Source of the DNA: Terriglobales bacterium
GTDB lineage: Bacteria; Acidobacteriota; Terriglobia; Terriglobales; Acidobacteriaceae
Length of the DNA stretch: 64,000 nucleotides
Direction: 5' to 3'
Assembly: GCA_049511995.1 (NCBI GenBank)
Contig: JBEKXO010000009.1
Span: forward strand, 2,333 to 66,332
Numbering within the stretch: position 1 is the first letter of the stretch; each line of letters starts with the position of its first letter. The translations under genes and the position numbers were made by a program. Shown in pieces: positions 8,265 through 17,136 of this stretch. The notes under the pieces were generated by a model, which saw nothing but the letters and a program-made list of their open reading frames with translations, had not been told where the DNA came from and ran no database searches.

Positions 8265-9536
8265 ATGCCGCGAATGCTTGATCTGATCCGCAATTCGCAA
8301 GTGCCGGTGAATCTGATGCAATCGGCGGCGCGCGGTTCTCTCTCCGTTCCACCGGGGGAGATGATCGAGATCCTGGTCTATCTGGCGCTGCATCACAAAT
8401 TGTTTGGCGAGCAGGCGCGAATGACGCTGGCAGGATGGGATGAAAAAACCAGTATCGCTGCAGCGGCCGATCCCGCGACCAGCGCCGAGGTGCTGGGATA
8501 TTTTGCTTCGGTGGGGAACCTGAGAACTTGCCTGCTGCCCGCATTGGCGGAGAATCCGTCGGTGACCGAAGAGTTGCTCGACGGATTGTCCTCGTCGGGG
8601 TCGCGCTCGGTGGTGGAAATTTTATTAGCGAGCGAGAGAGTGATGAGTTCTACGCGGCTGCTGCGGGCTCTGCAGGCGAATCCTGTCTTGCGTCCGAATG
8701 AGATTGCCGAGATGGAGAAAAAGTTGGCCGAGCGGGAGACCGACGCGGCGGACGATGAGGATGTTCCGGAAATCGAAGTGCCGAACGCAGAGATCGAGAG
8801 CGCGGTCACAAAATACTTAGACGGAAATGCGAAAGAGTTGGCAGCGGAAACGGGTAAGCCGTTTCAGGCGATTGGCATCACGTACGCAGAACTGAATGGT
8901 GATGAGGACGAAGCAGTCGAACCGACGGAGGTCGCTGCGACGGTCAGTGTTGCGACGAGCGGCGTTGCGATGAGCGGCGCAGCGACAAGTTCTGCGCCTG
9001 CCAGCGGCGCGTCGAGCCCTGCAAGCGCGGACGCCGCCCACCGTGCGGCGGCGAACGCAACCGCTGCCGCTAAGGCTGCCAAGGCGAAGAAGCGGCCTGC
9101 CCTCGGCGAAGAAAAGCGCGACAGCACATTGCAGAAGATTGCCAAGCTCGACATCAAGGGGCGTATCGCGCTGGCGATGCGCGGTAACAAAGAGGATCGG
9201 ACGATTCTGATCCGCGATTCGACGAAGCTGGTGGCGCTGGCCGTGCTGGAGTCCCCGAAGATTACCGACGCGGAAGTGGAAAAAATTGCTTTGCAGAAAA
9301 ATGTATTGGAGTCGGTGTTGCGGGCGATTCCGATGAAACGCAAGTTCGCGAAAAATTACAACATCATGCGCAATATCGTATATAACCCGCGCTCACCGCT
9401 CGATACTTCGCTCGGCTTGATGAAGATGCTGCTGACTCGAGACTTGAAGAACCTATCGGAAAATAAAGAGGTATCGGAGACGATTCGCAAGATGGCGACG
9501 CGCATGTTTAAGCAGAAGCTGGAGAAGAAAGACTAG
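8265..9536 (+). CDS. hypothetical protein with helical-repeat-like ends and an Ala/Ser-rich low-complexity linker
   Basis: The 423-aa ORF starts 3 nt after the HD gene stop. Its central stretch reads ...AATVSVATSGVAMSGAATSSAPASGASSPASADAA.... I recognise no family. Confidence 0.65.
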   Translation: MPRMLDLIRNSQVPVNLMQSAARGSLSVPPGEMIEILVYLALHHKLFGEQARMTLAGWDEKTSIAAAADPATSAEVLGYFASVGNLRTCLLPALAENPSVTEELLDGLSSSGSRSVVEILLASERVMSSTRLLRALQANPVLRPNEIAEMEKKLAERETDAADDEDVPEIEVPNAEIESAVTKYLDGNAKELAAETGKPFQAIGITYAELNGDEDEAVEPTEVAATVSVATSGVAMSGAATSSAPASGASSPASADAAHRAAANATAAAKAAKAKKRPALGEEKRDSTLQKIAKLDIKGRIALAMRGNKEDRTILIRDSTKLVALAVLESPKITDAEVEKIALQKNVLESVLRAIPMKRKFAKNYNIMRNIVYNPRSPLDTSLGLMKMLLTRDLKNLSENKEVSETIRKMATRMFKQKLEKKD

Positions 9537-9565
9537 TACCCAGTAACCAGTAGCCAGTACCCAGT
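9536..9565 (+). repeat. heptamer tandem array (GTANCCA type)
   Basis: GTACCCA GTAACCA GTAGCCA GTACCCA starts at the stop codon of the preceding gene. Confidence 0.7.
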
Positions 9566-9604
9566 TTTCCGTCTTAGACTCCAGCGAATCGAAGAGAAAC
9601 TAAC

Positions 9605-10021
9605 TTGAAACAGTCTGATCCTATCTACGATTTGTTGTCACGGGCGAAGACGATTGCCGTTGTGGGATTGTCGGAGAGCCCTATGCGGGCTAGCCACGGG
9701 GTTTCTGCTTATATGCAGTCAGTGGGCTATAAGATCATCCCGATAAATCCGCAAATCACGGAAGCGCTGGGCGAGAAGGCATATCCGTCGCTGATAGATG
9801 TGCCACCCGAAGTCGCGCGGAAGGTTGACCTGGTCGATGTGTTTCGCCGGCCGGAGTTTGTCGATGAGATTGTGAACCAGGCGATTCAGTTGAAGATTCC
9901 GGCAATCTGGCTGCAAGAAGGCGTGATCAACGAGCGCGCGGCGGAGAAGGCGCGAAAAGCGGGAATGTTTGTAGTGATGGACCGATGTGTTTTGAAGGAA
10001 CACCGGGCGCGATTCGGGTAA
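9605..10021 (+). CDS. CoA-binding domain protein (YccU-like)
   Basis: KTIAVVGLSESPMRASHGVSAYMQSVGYKIIPINP is typical of the CoA_binding_2 family. The start is TTG. Confidence 0.8.
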   Translation: MKQSDPIYDLLSRAKTIAVVGLSESPMRASHGVSAYMQSVGYKIIPINPQITEALGEKAYPSLIDVPPEVARKVDLVDVFRRPEFVDEIVNQAIQLKIPAIWLQEGVINERAAEKARKAGMFVVMDRCVLKEHRARFG

Positions 10022-10056
10022 CTAAATCCCGATCACCAGCCGGGCGCCGCGCTTTA

Positions 10057-11343
10057 TTATTGAACTTCTGTTCCACGCGGTGCCACCAAAATTACAGTGG
10101 CGTCGTCGCGCAACCCGCAACCGTTCGTAAATTTCCTTACATCGGCAAGCAAGCTATCCACGGTGACATCCGGTGACTGCATCTGGGAGAACAGGCGCTC
10201 GGCGCCGTATTCTTCGCCAGAGTCGGCTTCTGCTTCGGTGATTCCGTCCGAATAAAACGCGATCCGCGAATGCTCGCCGAGCTGTACTTCGGCCTCCGAA
10301 AATTTACTGACTGAAATTCCGAGGGGCAAGCCGTGCTCGTGATCGATCCAGCGGTGGCCGGAAGGTTCGACGAGCAACGGAGCGAGATGACCGGCATTCG
10401 CGATGCGGAGAATGCGGCTCGACGGGTCGAGTTCTGCGTACACCATGGTGACAAAGCGGCCGCTGGGAAAATCTTCGATCATCATGTTGTTGAGACGGGT
10501 GAGAACCTCAGCCGGGCCCGATCCAGTTTGCGCAAGTGAACGCAACATGCCGCGCGTGGCGGACATGAGCAATGCCGCGGCGGTGCCTTTGCCGGAGACA
10601 TCGGCGAGGACGAGACCCCAGCGTCCGTCGGCGAGGGGAATGAAGTCATACCAGTCTCCTCCGACAGAGCCGGCGGGGACTGATAGCCCGGAGACGCGAA
10701 ATCCTGGAATCAGTGGAGAGCTGCGGGGCAAAAGGGCCTGCTGAATGGAGCGAGCTTCTTCGGCTTCGCGGCTCATGCGCTCGCGCTGTGCGCGCTCATC
10801 GCCAAAGCGCCGCGCGTTATGCACCGCGACGGCGACGTGATCGCACAATGCTTGCAGCAGGCGCAGTTGATCAGGGCAGAAAGCATCAAGCTCGCAATGA
10901 GAAGCGGTGAAGACTCCGACGAGATCGCCTTCGCGTTGGAGTGGGATGGCGACTTCGGAGCGCGTATCGGGCTCGCAAGCCGTGTAGTAAGGGTCGCGAC
11001 TGACGTCGGGGGCGTAGTGCATTTTTCCAGTGGCCGCGACGTGCCCGACCATTCCGGCGCCTTTCTTGAGGCGATGGCCCTTGCCGTAAAGGCTGCAGCC
11101 TCGAACCCCGGCCAGCACGAAGTCGGGTTCGTCGCGATCGCGAAGATAGAGATTGATTTCGACGCAGCCGAGCGACTCGGCGACCTCATCGACGATGCGC
11201 GGAACGAGTTCTTCGATGTCGAGAGTCGAGGTGATGCGTTGTGCGAATTTCTGCAGGCGGACGAGTTCGGTGATCCTGAGCGCGGACGTTTCGGGCAAAG
11301 GCTGGCTGGAGAAGCCGAAATCCATGAGCGGGGCGGTGGACAC
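10057..11343 (-). CDS. GAF-domain sensor fused to a PP2C/SpoIIE-type serine phosphatase
   Basis: An N-terminal GAF-like region is followed by a C-terminal SpoIIE signature (GGDWYDF, VLADVSGKG, FYSDGITEA, DDATVILV). Confidence 0.85.
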   Translation of the reverse strand: MSTAPLMDFGFSSQPLPETSALRITELVRLQKFAQRITSTLDIEELVPRIVDEVAESLGCVEINLYLRDRDEPDFVLAGVRGCSLYGKGHRLKKGAGMVGHVAATGKMHYAPDVSRDPYYTACEPDTRSEVAIPLQREGDLVGVFTASHCELDAFCPDQLRLLQALCDHVAVAVHNARRFGDERAQRERMSREAEEARSIQQALLPRSSPLIPGFRVSGLSVPAGSVGGDWYDFIPLADGRWGLVLADVSGKGTAAALLMSATRGMLRSLAQTGSGPAEVLTRLNNMMIEDFPSGRFVTMVYAELDPSSRILRIANAGHLAPLLVEPSGHRWIDHEHGLPLGISVSKFSEAEVQLGEHSRIAFYSDGITEAEADSGEEYGAERLFSQMQSPDVTVDSLLADVRKFTNGCGLRDDATVILVAPRGTEVQ

Positions 11344-11401
11344 GATAAAACCCTCCTGCCGGTCGATTGCAACTGTTGTATTAGATCGGAAAAATCAGAT
11401 T

Positions 11402-12790
11402 TCAGATTCTCTTTTTGTGGGGCTTTTCTTCTGTTTTTGAGGGCGGGTTTGCGGGATTATGTGATGCTGGCTGCTTCAGCTTTTTGATCTCTTCGAGGCG
11501 CTCGCGGATACGCTTTTCCACTCCTTCATTCGTGGGGCGATAGTAGACGCGGTTGCGCAGACTGTCGGGCAGGCACTGCATGTCGGCGACCTTGGTTTCA
11601 GTGTCGTGCGCATATTGATAATTCTTGCCGTAGCCGAGGCCCTTCATCAGGCTCGTGGGAGCATTGCGCAGGTGCAGGGGGACGGACTCGGCGGCGGTTT
11701 GCTCTACGTCCTGAAGAACGGCGGCGTAAGCGGTGTAGAGCGCGTTCGATTTCGGCGCGATTGAAAGATAGACGACGGCTTGCGCGAGGGCAAGATTGCC
11801 TTCGGGCATGCCGATGAAATCGACGGCGTCGCGGGCCGCCATGCACAGGGCGAGCGCATTCGGTTCGGCTAGGCCGATATCTTCGACGGCCATTCGGACT
11901 ACACGGCGGGCGATGTAGAGCGGATCTTCTCCAGCTTCTAACATGCGGGCGAGCCAGTAGAGGGCAGCGTCGGGATCGCTGTTGCGCACCGATTTGTGCA
12001 AAGCGGAGATGATGTTGTAGTGCTCTTCTCCAGCTTTGTCGTAGAGTAGAACCCTCTTCTGTAGAGCCTCTCGGATGATTTCATCGGAAAGTTCATTCAT
12101 GCTGGCCTGTTGCGCGAGCGAGGCGGCTACCTCAACGACGTTGTAGGCGCTGCGGGCATCGCCGCTGGAATATGAGGCGATTTTTCGCAGCGCGTCGTCG
12201 GAGGATTCGATGTGCATCTCGCCCAGGCCTCGCTCGCTATCATTGAGCGCGCGACGCAGCAGCGTAACGATTTCATCTTCGGTCAACGGCTTGAGCACGT
12301 AGACACGGCAGCGCGAGAGTAGTGCGGAGTTGATTTCGAAGGAAGGATTTTCGGTGGTCGCGCCGATGAGGCGAATGCTCCCTTTTTCTACGTGGGGCAG
12401 GAAGGCATCCTGCTGCGCTTTGTTGAAGCGGTGAATTTCGTCGACGAAGACGATGGTGCGCGTGCCGTATTGGCGGGCACGGTCGGCATCGCTCATGACC
12501 TGCTTGATTTCCTTGATGCCGGCGAGAACGGCGGAAAACTCGATGAAGTCGGCCTTGGTGATGCGGGCGATGATCTTGGCGAGGGTCGTTTTGCCGGTGC
12601 CGGGAGGGCCCCAGAAAATCATCGAGGTGGGATCGTCGCGCTCGATCTGCACGCGCAGCGGCTTGCCGGGGCCGACAAGGTGTTCCTGCCCGACGAATTC
12701 GTCGAGAGAGCGGGGGCGCATGCGGTCAGCGAGTGGACGGGCGCCTGGCGTGCTGAATTCTTCCGGCGGTGTGGGTGCAAACAAATTCAT
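11402..12790 (-). CDS. rarA: replication-associated recombination protein A (AAA+ ATPase)
   Basis: Walker A is GPPGTGKTT and Walker B is [11 protein letters not shown]. The C-terminus is MgsA-like ([24 protein letters not shown]). Confidence 0.92.
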   Translation of the reverse strand: MNLFAPTPPEEFSTPGARPLADRMRPRSLDEFVGQEHLVGPGKPLRVQIERDDPTSMIFWGPPGTGKTTLAKIIARITKADFIEFSAVLAGIKEIKQVMSDADRARQYGTRTIVFVDEIHRFNKAQQDAFLPHVEKGSIRLIGATTENPSFEINSALLSRCRVYVLKPLTEDEIVTLLRRALNDSERGLGEMHIESSDDALRKIASYSSGDARSAYNVVEVAASLAQQASMNELSDEIIREALQKRVLLYDKAGEEHYNIISALHKSVRNSDPDAALYWLARMLEAGEDPLYIARRVVRMAVEDIGLAEPNALALCMAARDAVDFIGMPEGNLALAQAVVYLSIAPKSNALYTAYAAVLQDVEQTAAESVPLHLRNAPTSLMKGLGYGKNYQYAHDTETKVADMQCLPDSLRNRVYYRPTNEGVEKRIRERLEEIKKLKQPASHNPANPPSKTEEKPHKKRI

Positions 12791-12799
12791 AAGATCATT

Positions 12800-12884
12800 T
12801 CACCACGGAGGCACGGAGACACGGAGAAAAACGGATTAAGAAACACGTTCTTGTTTTCTCTGTGTCTCCGTGCCTCTGTGGTGA
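12800..12884. repeat. 31-bp inverted repeat hairpin built from CACGGAG octamers
   Basis: TCACCACGGAGGCACGGAGACACGGAGAAAA (12800-12830) faces TTTTCTCTGTGTCTCCGTGCCTCTGTGGTGA (12854-12884). The two positions that differ pair as G-U on the plus strand. The loop is 23 nt. Confidence 0.85.
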
Positions 12885-13717
12885 AAACCGTTTCGCGCGG
12901 CTTCGTACAGTACGATGCTGGCTGCGATTCCAGCGTTTAGCGATTCGACTTGTGTGGCTTGTGGAATCACCAACGTCTCGTTCATCTCGCGCATTAGTTC
13001 GCGGGGCAGGCCGGCTCCTTCGTTGCCGATGAAGATCGCGAGCGGCAGCGTCCATGAAATTTGCGGCAGCGGAGTTCCTTGATGCGAGGAGGTCGCGATC
13101 AATCGGACTCCGCGCGCCCGGAGCAACGCAATCAGTTCAGTGGATGGGATCTGTAGAAACGGCATGCGGAAGATCGAACCCGCCGATCCGCGCAGTACTT
13201 TTGAGTTATAGGGGCTGACGGTTCCTTCAGTGAGAAAAACTCCGGCGGCTCCGAAGGCTTCGGCGGAGCGCAGGATTGTGCCCAGGTTGCCGGGATCTTG
13301 CAGGCCTGCGGCCACCACCAACGGGCCGGTGCTAGCGCGGTCGAGTAAATCAGCGGTGGAGAAGGTGCGCAGTTTGACTAGGGCTGCTACGCCTTGAGGT
13401 GTATCGCTCGGCACGATGGATTGAAAGAGCGCATTCGGCAGAACGAGAGTTTCGGCCCGCGCGCTGATCTGGGGCAGCAGTTTTTCGGCCAGAGGGCGCG
13501 CCGCTTCGCTGAAGAATATGGTGTCCAGATCCATGCCGCTGCGCAAGGCTTCTTCGAGCAACTTGACGCCTTCGATGGCACATTCACCTTGCGGCGTGAG
13601 CGCGGCGCGGCGGAATGCCATGCGCAAATCTTTGAGCCGCTGATTGTGCCGGCCGGTGACGGGACGCAGGCGGTCGGCTCTACTGAGAGTTCGCGTGGCT
13701 TTCGGCCCCTGCTTCAT
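12836..13717 (-). CDS. TrmH/SpoU-family RNA 2'-O-methyltransferase
   Basis: SpoU methylase motifs are present (GLQDPGNLGTILRSAEAFG, IFIGNEGAGL, IPQATQVESLNAGIAASIVLYE). The C-terminal tail HHRGTETQRKQ is encoded by the octamer hairpin. Confidence 0.85.
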   Translation of the reverse strand: MKQGPKATRTLSRADRLRPVTGRHNQRLKDLRMAFRRAALTPQGECAIEGVKLLEEALRSGMDLDTIFFSEAARPLAEKLLPQISARAETLVLPNALFQSIVPSDTPQGVAALVKLRTFSTADLLDRASTGPLVVAAGLQDPGNLGTILRSAEAFGAAGVFLTEGTVSPYNSKVLRGSAGSIFRMPFLQIPSTELIALLRARGVRLIATSSHQGTPLPQISWTLPLAIFIGNEGAGLPRELMREMNETLVIPQATQVESLNAGIAASIVLYEAARNGFHHRGTETQRKQERVS

Positions 13718-13997
13718 CGGTTGGTACCTAGATCAGGATAAGGGTCTCGAGTCGGATTGCGAAAACCGCTAACCACCAAGAACGCGAAGGTCCACGAAGC
13801 AGATCCTTGAAGAACGAAGGCCTCCGCGATACCCGGTTCCAGTCCTTGGACGGCAGCGAGACTCGCCGAGTCGAACATGTGCTCGGACTTCGGCCAAGGC
13901 TTGTTGTATGGTACATTTCATTGTTTATACCGACAACGTTGATTGCGGCGAAGGGTATGCCGACCAAACTGAAGCTGTGCGTCGGGAGGGGAAAAGA

Positions 13998-14636
13998 GTG
14001 CGCGCGGAAATCTTGAAGATTCATGCCGATACGCCCGAAGCTTCGCTGATTAGATATGCCGCCGAGCAGATTCAGGCCGGGCAGGTGCTGGGCATGCCGA
14101 CGGACACGTTTTATGGACTGGCCGCCGATCCGTTTAATCTGCGCGCGGTGGAGCGCGTGTATGAAATCAAGTCGCGTCTGCGGCACAAGCCGCTGTCGCT
14201 GCTGATCGAGAATGTGGATCAGGCGGAGGAGTTTGCGCGTCCTTTGCCGGATGATTTTCATCTGCTGGCGCGGCGTTTCTGGCCGGGACCGCTGACCATG
14301 ATTGTGCCGGCGGCTTCGCATCTGCCACTGAAGGTCACCGCCAATACGGGGAACGTGGCGCTGCGGGTGCCGGCATCGGAGATTCCGCTGGCGGTGGTGC
14401 GGGCGGCGAAGATTCCGATCACCGCGACCTCGGCTAACCTGAGCGGCGCGGCGGAATGCACGACCGCGGAGCAGGTGCGCGATCAGTTGGAAAATCGCAT
14501 CTCGCTGATCGTGGACGGGGGGAAATCTCCGCGGACGATGTCGTCGACGATCGTGCACTTCCGAGAAGATGGTACGTGGCAGATTCTGCGCGAGGGGGCG
14601 ATTCCCGCTAAGGATATTGTCGAGGCGTTGTCGTAA
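13998..14636 (+). CDS. tsaC: L-threonylcarbamoyladenylate synthase (YrdC/Sua5 family)
   Basis: The YrdC motif is GMPTDTFYGLAADPFN...SLLI. The likely start is GTG 13998, after GGGAGG, rather than the ORF-track start at 13908. Confidence 0.85.
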   Translation: MRAEILKIHADTPEASLIRYAAEQIQAGQVLGMPTDTFYGLAADPFNLRAVERVYEIKSRLRHKPLSLLIENVDQAEEFARPLPDDFHLLARRFWPGPLTMIVPAASHLPLKVTANTGNVALRVPASEIPLAVVRAAKIPITATSANLSGAAECTTAEQVRDQLENRISLIVDGGKSPRTMSSTIVHFREDGTWQILREGAIPAKDIVEALS

Positions 14637-14637
14637 G

Positions 14638-14702
14638 GCAGCATTCAGCTCTCAGCACTCAGCATTCAGCACTCAGGAAAACCGGCTGAGTGCTAAGCGC
14701 TG
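14638..14702. repeat. heptamer array (NNTCAGC) with a short inverted partner, likely the tsaC terminator
   Basis: ATTCAGC TCTCAGC ACTCAGC ATTCAGC ACTCAGG is followed, after GAAAACCGG, by CTGAGTGCTAAGCGCTG. Confidence 0.7.
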
Positions 14703-14742
14703 GCGGCTGCACCCCTGAAGCACTTGGAAACCTGAGTTCACA

Positions 14743-15375
14743 TTGAAGATGGCCGAAGATCTCACTCCTTCTGCTCCCCAAAAATCTTACCGAGTCCGCG
14801 CCGGGCTGCTTTTGTTGCTGGCGGTGCTGGGAGCGCTGCTTTTATTTTTCGGGATTACCGGGTCGAGAATTGTGCGAGCCTCCGCCGAAGCTCCATCGAA
14901 GAAAGCGGATGTCATTGTTGTTTTCGGAGCGGCGGAATATTCGGGGCGTCCTTCGCCGGTGTATCGGGCGCGGCTGGATCATGGCTACGAGTTGTTTGAG
15001 AAGGGTATGGCGCCGGTGGTGATCACGACGGGCGGCGCGGCGCAGGATCCGGAGTTTAGCGAGGGCGGGGTGGGGCGTGATTATCTTTTGCGGCGTGGCG
15101 TTCCCGAACAATCGCTGATCGCAGAGACGCAGGGCTCCGATACAGCGCAGTCGGCCGCGCGCGTCGCAAATATTATGCGCGTGAATGGCATGCGTAGTTG
15201 CATTGCGGTGAGTGATGTTTATCACGTTTTCCGCATACGCGAACTGCTTGAGCATGATGGTGTGCAAGTGGAAGTGGCGCCAAGGCCTGAGTCGCGTCCG
15301 CGGCATCTGTTTGACCGGCTTGTTGCGGTAATGCGCGAGGCTGCGAGTTATCTGGTGTGGAAGGCGGGACTGTAG
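14743..15375 (+). CDS. YdcF/DUF218 family protein
   Basis: An N-terminal TM is followed by ADVIVVFGAAEYSGRPSPVYRARLDHG...ITTGG, which is typical of DUF218/ElyC-like proteins. Confidence 0.75.
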   Translation: MKMAEDLTPSAPQKSYRVRAGLLLLLAVLGALLLFFGITGSRIVRASAEAPSKKADVIVVFGAAEYSGRPSPVYRARLDHGYELFEKGMAPVVITTGGAAQDPEFSEGGVGRDYLLRRGVPEQSLIAETQGSDTAQSAARVANIMRVNGMRSCIAVSDVYHVFRIRELLEHDGVQVEVAPRPESRPRHLFDRLVAVMREAASYLVWKAGL

Positions 15376-15379
15376 TGAG

Positions 15380-15499
15380 GCAGCACTCAGCAGTCAGCAC
15401 TCAGCAATCAGGACTCGGCAATCAGGACTGAGTCAAGGTGACTGAATGCTGACTGCTGACTGCTGACTGCTGAATGCTGAATGCTGAATGCTGAATGCT
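15380..15499. repeat. largest inverted pair of heptamer arrays (NNTCAGC x7-8 facing GCTGANN x8-9), between convergent genes
   Basis: The left arm at 15380-15434 reads ACTCAGC AGTCAGC ACTCAGC AATCAGG ACTCGGC AATCAGG. The right arm at 15439-15499 reads GCTGACT x3 and GCTGAAT x4. Confidence 0.85.
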
Positions 15500-15503
15500 C
15501 TCC

Positions 15504-16028
15504 TTACCATCCCATCTTCTCGCGTAGGGCAGTTACGTGCGCTACGTGATGGCGTCCGTGCCAGGAGTAGAGGGCCAGATTTTTTTCCAGCGACATTGGA
15601 CCCAGATCGGGATGGCGGAAGGTGCGCTTCCAATCCGTGTCGGTGAATTTGCGCAGCATGAGCATCCAGCGCTGGTGCAGGGAATCGAGCAAGGCCAGCG
15701 AGACTTCGACGGGAGCTTGCCTGGCTTCGGGCAACTCGGCCCAGAGATTTTCCATGTAAGGCTTGATGGTCGGGTCGTCTTCGGTGAGCGCCAGTTTGCA
15801 GCGGATGTAGGAGTTCATATGGCTGTCAGGAACGTGATGGGCCAATTGGCGCAGCGTCCAGCCGCCATCGCGATAGGGAGTATTCAGCTGTTCGTCTGAG
15901 AGTCCGCTTAGCGCGGCACGCAAGCGGGCGGGAGTCTGCTCGATATTGGCGAGGCATTCCTGCTTTTGTTCGGCGGTCAGAGGCCCCGAGTAAGAAAACT
16001 TTCCGATGGGATAACGCGGGTCAGACAT
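15504..16028 (-). CDS. DinB/YfiT-family metal-dependent thiol transferase-like protein
   Basis: The protein is close, by eye and along its whole length, to my recollection of B. subtilis YfiT (TPYRDGGWTLRQLAHHVPDSHMNSYIRCKL...WHGRHHVAHV). Confidence 0.85.
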   Translation of the reverse strand: MSDPRYPIGKFSYSGPLTAEQKQECLANIEQTPARLRAALSGLSDEQLNTPYRDGGWTLRQLAHHVPDSHMNSYIRCKLALTEDDPTIKPYMENLWAELPEARQAPVEVSLALLDSLHQRWMLMLRKFTDTDWKRTFRHPDLGPMSLEKNLALYSWHGRHHVAHVTALREKMGW

Positions 16029-16142
16029 GAATGTCCTCCGCAGGGGTAGATGATTTCGGCGTGAGACGAGGTGCAGAAAAAGAAAAGAGAGGAGGGTGCC
16101 CGCGAGCCGCGAGCTAAATCTGATGTTTGAAAACGCCAGAGA

Positions 16143-16829
16143 CTATCTCACCATGGCGAGAATGCGGACGGGAGCTTCGCCCGGTCTCTTGTCTTTCGCA
16201 GGGGCGACAATGACAAGTGAACCGGTCTCGGGCAGCGAGGTGAAGCGGGCGGTTCCTTCGACCACATAGTTGCCATGCAGGGCGAGTTGAGTCGCTAACG
16301 TGTGGTCGGAGGAAAAACTCACAGGCGTTTCGACCGCAAACCCGATGGTGTCGCGAGCCTCGATAAGAAATAGAGCGGCATCGCGGGCAATCGGCAGCGG
16401 CGCTATTGGCGGAGCGAGGTGATCGCTGGTCGCATGATCGCGCGCATCAGCGCGGCGGATGGCGACGATCGCTCCTTGTGGAATCATGCCGTGCCTGGCC
16501 TCCCAGGTGGCGATATCGTCGAGGGAGATCTGCGACGTATTATCCGCGACCGTCTTCAGATCCATCACCACAAGCGGAGCGACGAGGCGTTCGGGCGGAA
16601 TCTGACCCGCGGTCCAGGTGCCGGGAATGATTGCGGCAGGAGCGATGATGCGGGTTCTGGATTCCTTGGGTTCAGCTGATGCGGCACGCCTGATCGTCGC
16701 ATTCTGTCCATCGGTCAGGTCGACTACGTGGGAGTAGCGATCCTGCTGTGTCGTGCCGGGGCGCCGGTCCGCGAATAACAGAATGGCGAGCACGAGCGCG
16801 TAGGCGATGATGAAACTGCGAATCCGCAT
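16143..16829 (-). CDS. putative cyclase/formamidase-fold family protein with an N-terminal anchor (tentative)
   Basis: The 228-aa ORF has an N-terminal hydrophobic segment. It resembles cyclase-family proteins overall, but I do not see the HxGTHxD metal motif. Confidence 0.45.
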   Translation of the reverse strand: MRIRSFIIAYALVLAILLFADRRPGTTQQDRYSHVVDLTDGQNATIRRAASAEPKESRTRIIAPAAIIPGTWTAGQIPPERLVAPLVVMDLKTVADNTSQISLDDIATWEARHGMIPQGAIVAIRRADARDHATSDHLAPPIAPLPIARDAALFLIEARDTIGFAVETPVSFSSDHTLATQLALHGNYVVEGTARFTSLPETGSLVIVAPAKDKRPGEAPVRILAMVR

Positions 16830-17136
16830 TCCAATCCTTGGCAGGAAGTTAATAAGAGTGAAATCCTGCTTTTATTGTTGCCTGTGGATGCCCAGAATTC
16901 AATTGCCGGTTGTACATGCCCCGTGGGGGTGCGGTGAGACTTTGCCATCCAAACATCGGCGGCATAAGGGTTTTGACGGAAAAACTTTCGTTTTCGCTTG
17001 CGATTACGTCAATAACGGCTGCAGGTTACAATACAGTTAACTCGTCATAATTGATTTGTCTCAGCGGCTTCCGGGGTCGTTCGCCGTTGCTGGTAACTTT
17101 CAGCTTGCGTCCCATGCCTGCTGTGAAAACTGAGGA

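Noticed and set aside
7560-8396. 278-aa minus-strand ORF
   Set aside because: It is antisense to the HD-domain gene and to the start of the next gene. It has the Arg-rich shadow-ORF character.
13728-14558. 276-aa minus-strand ORF
   Set aside because: It is antisense to the YrdC/TsaC gene. It is extremely Arg/His/Gln-rich and has no motifs.
15380-15499. Could the short tandem repeats be a CRISPR array?
   Set aside because: The units are only 7 nt and are contiguous with no spacers. The arrays are 30-70 nt long and no cas genes are present. They are not CRISPR.
15433-15633. 66-aa ORF ending ...FSIQHSAFSSQQSAVSIQSP
   Set aside because: Its C-terminal part is simply the translation of the heptamer repeat array. 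The rest is antisense to the yfiT-like gene.
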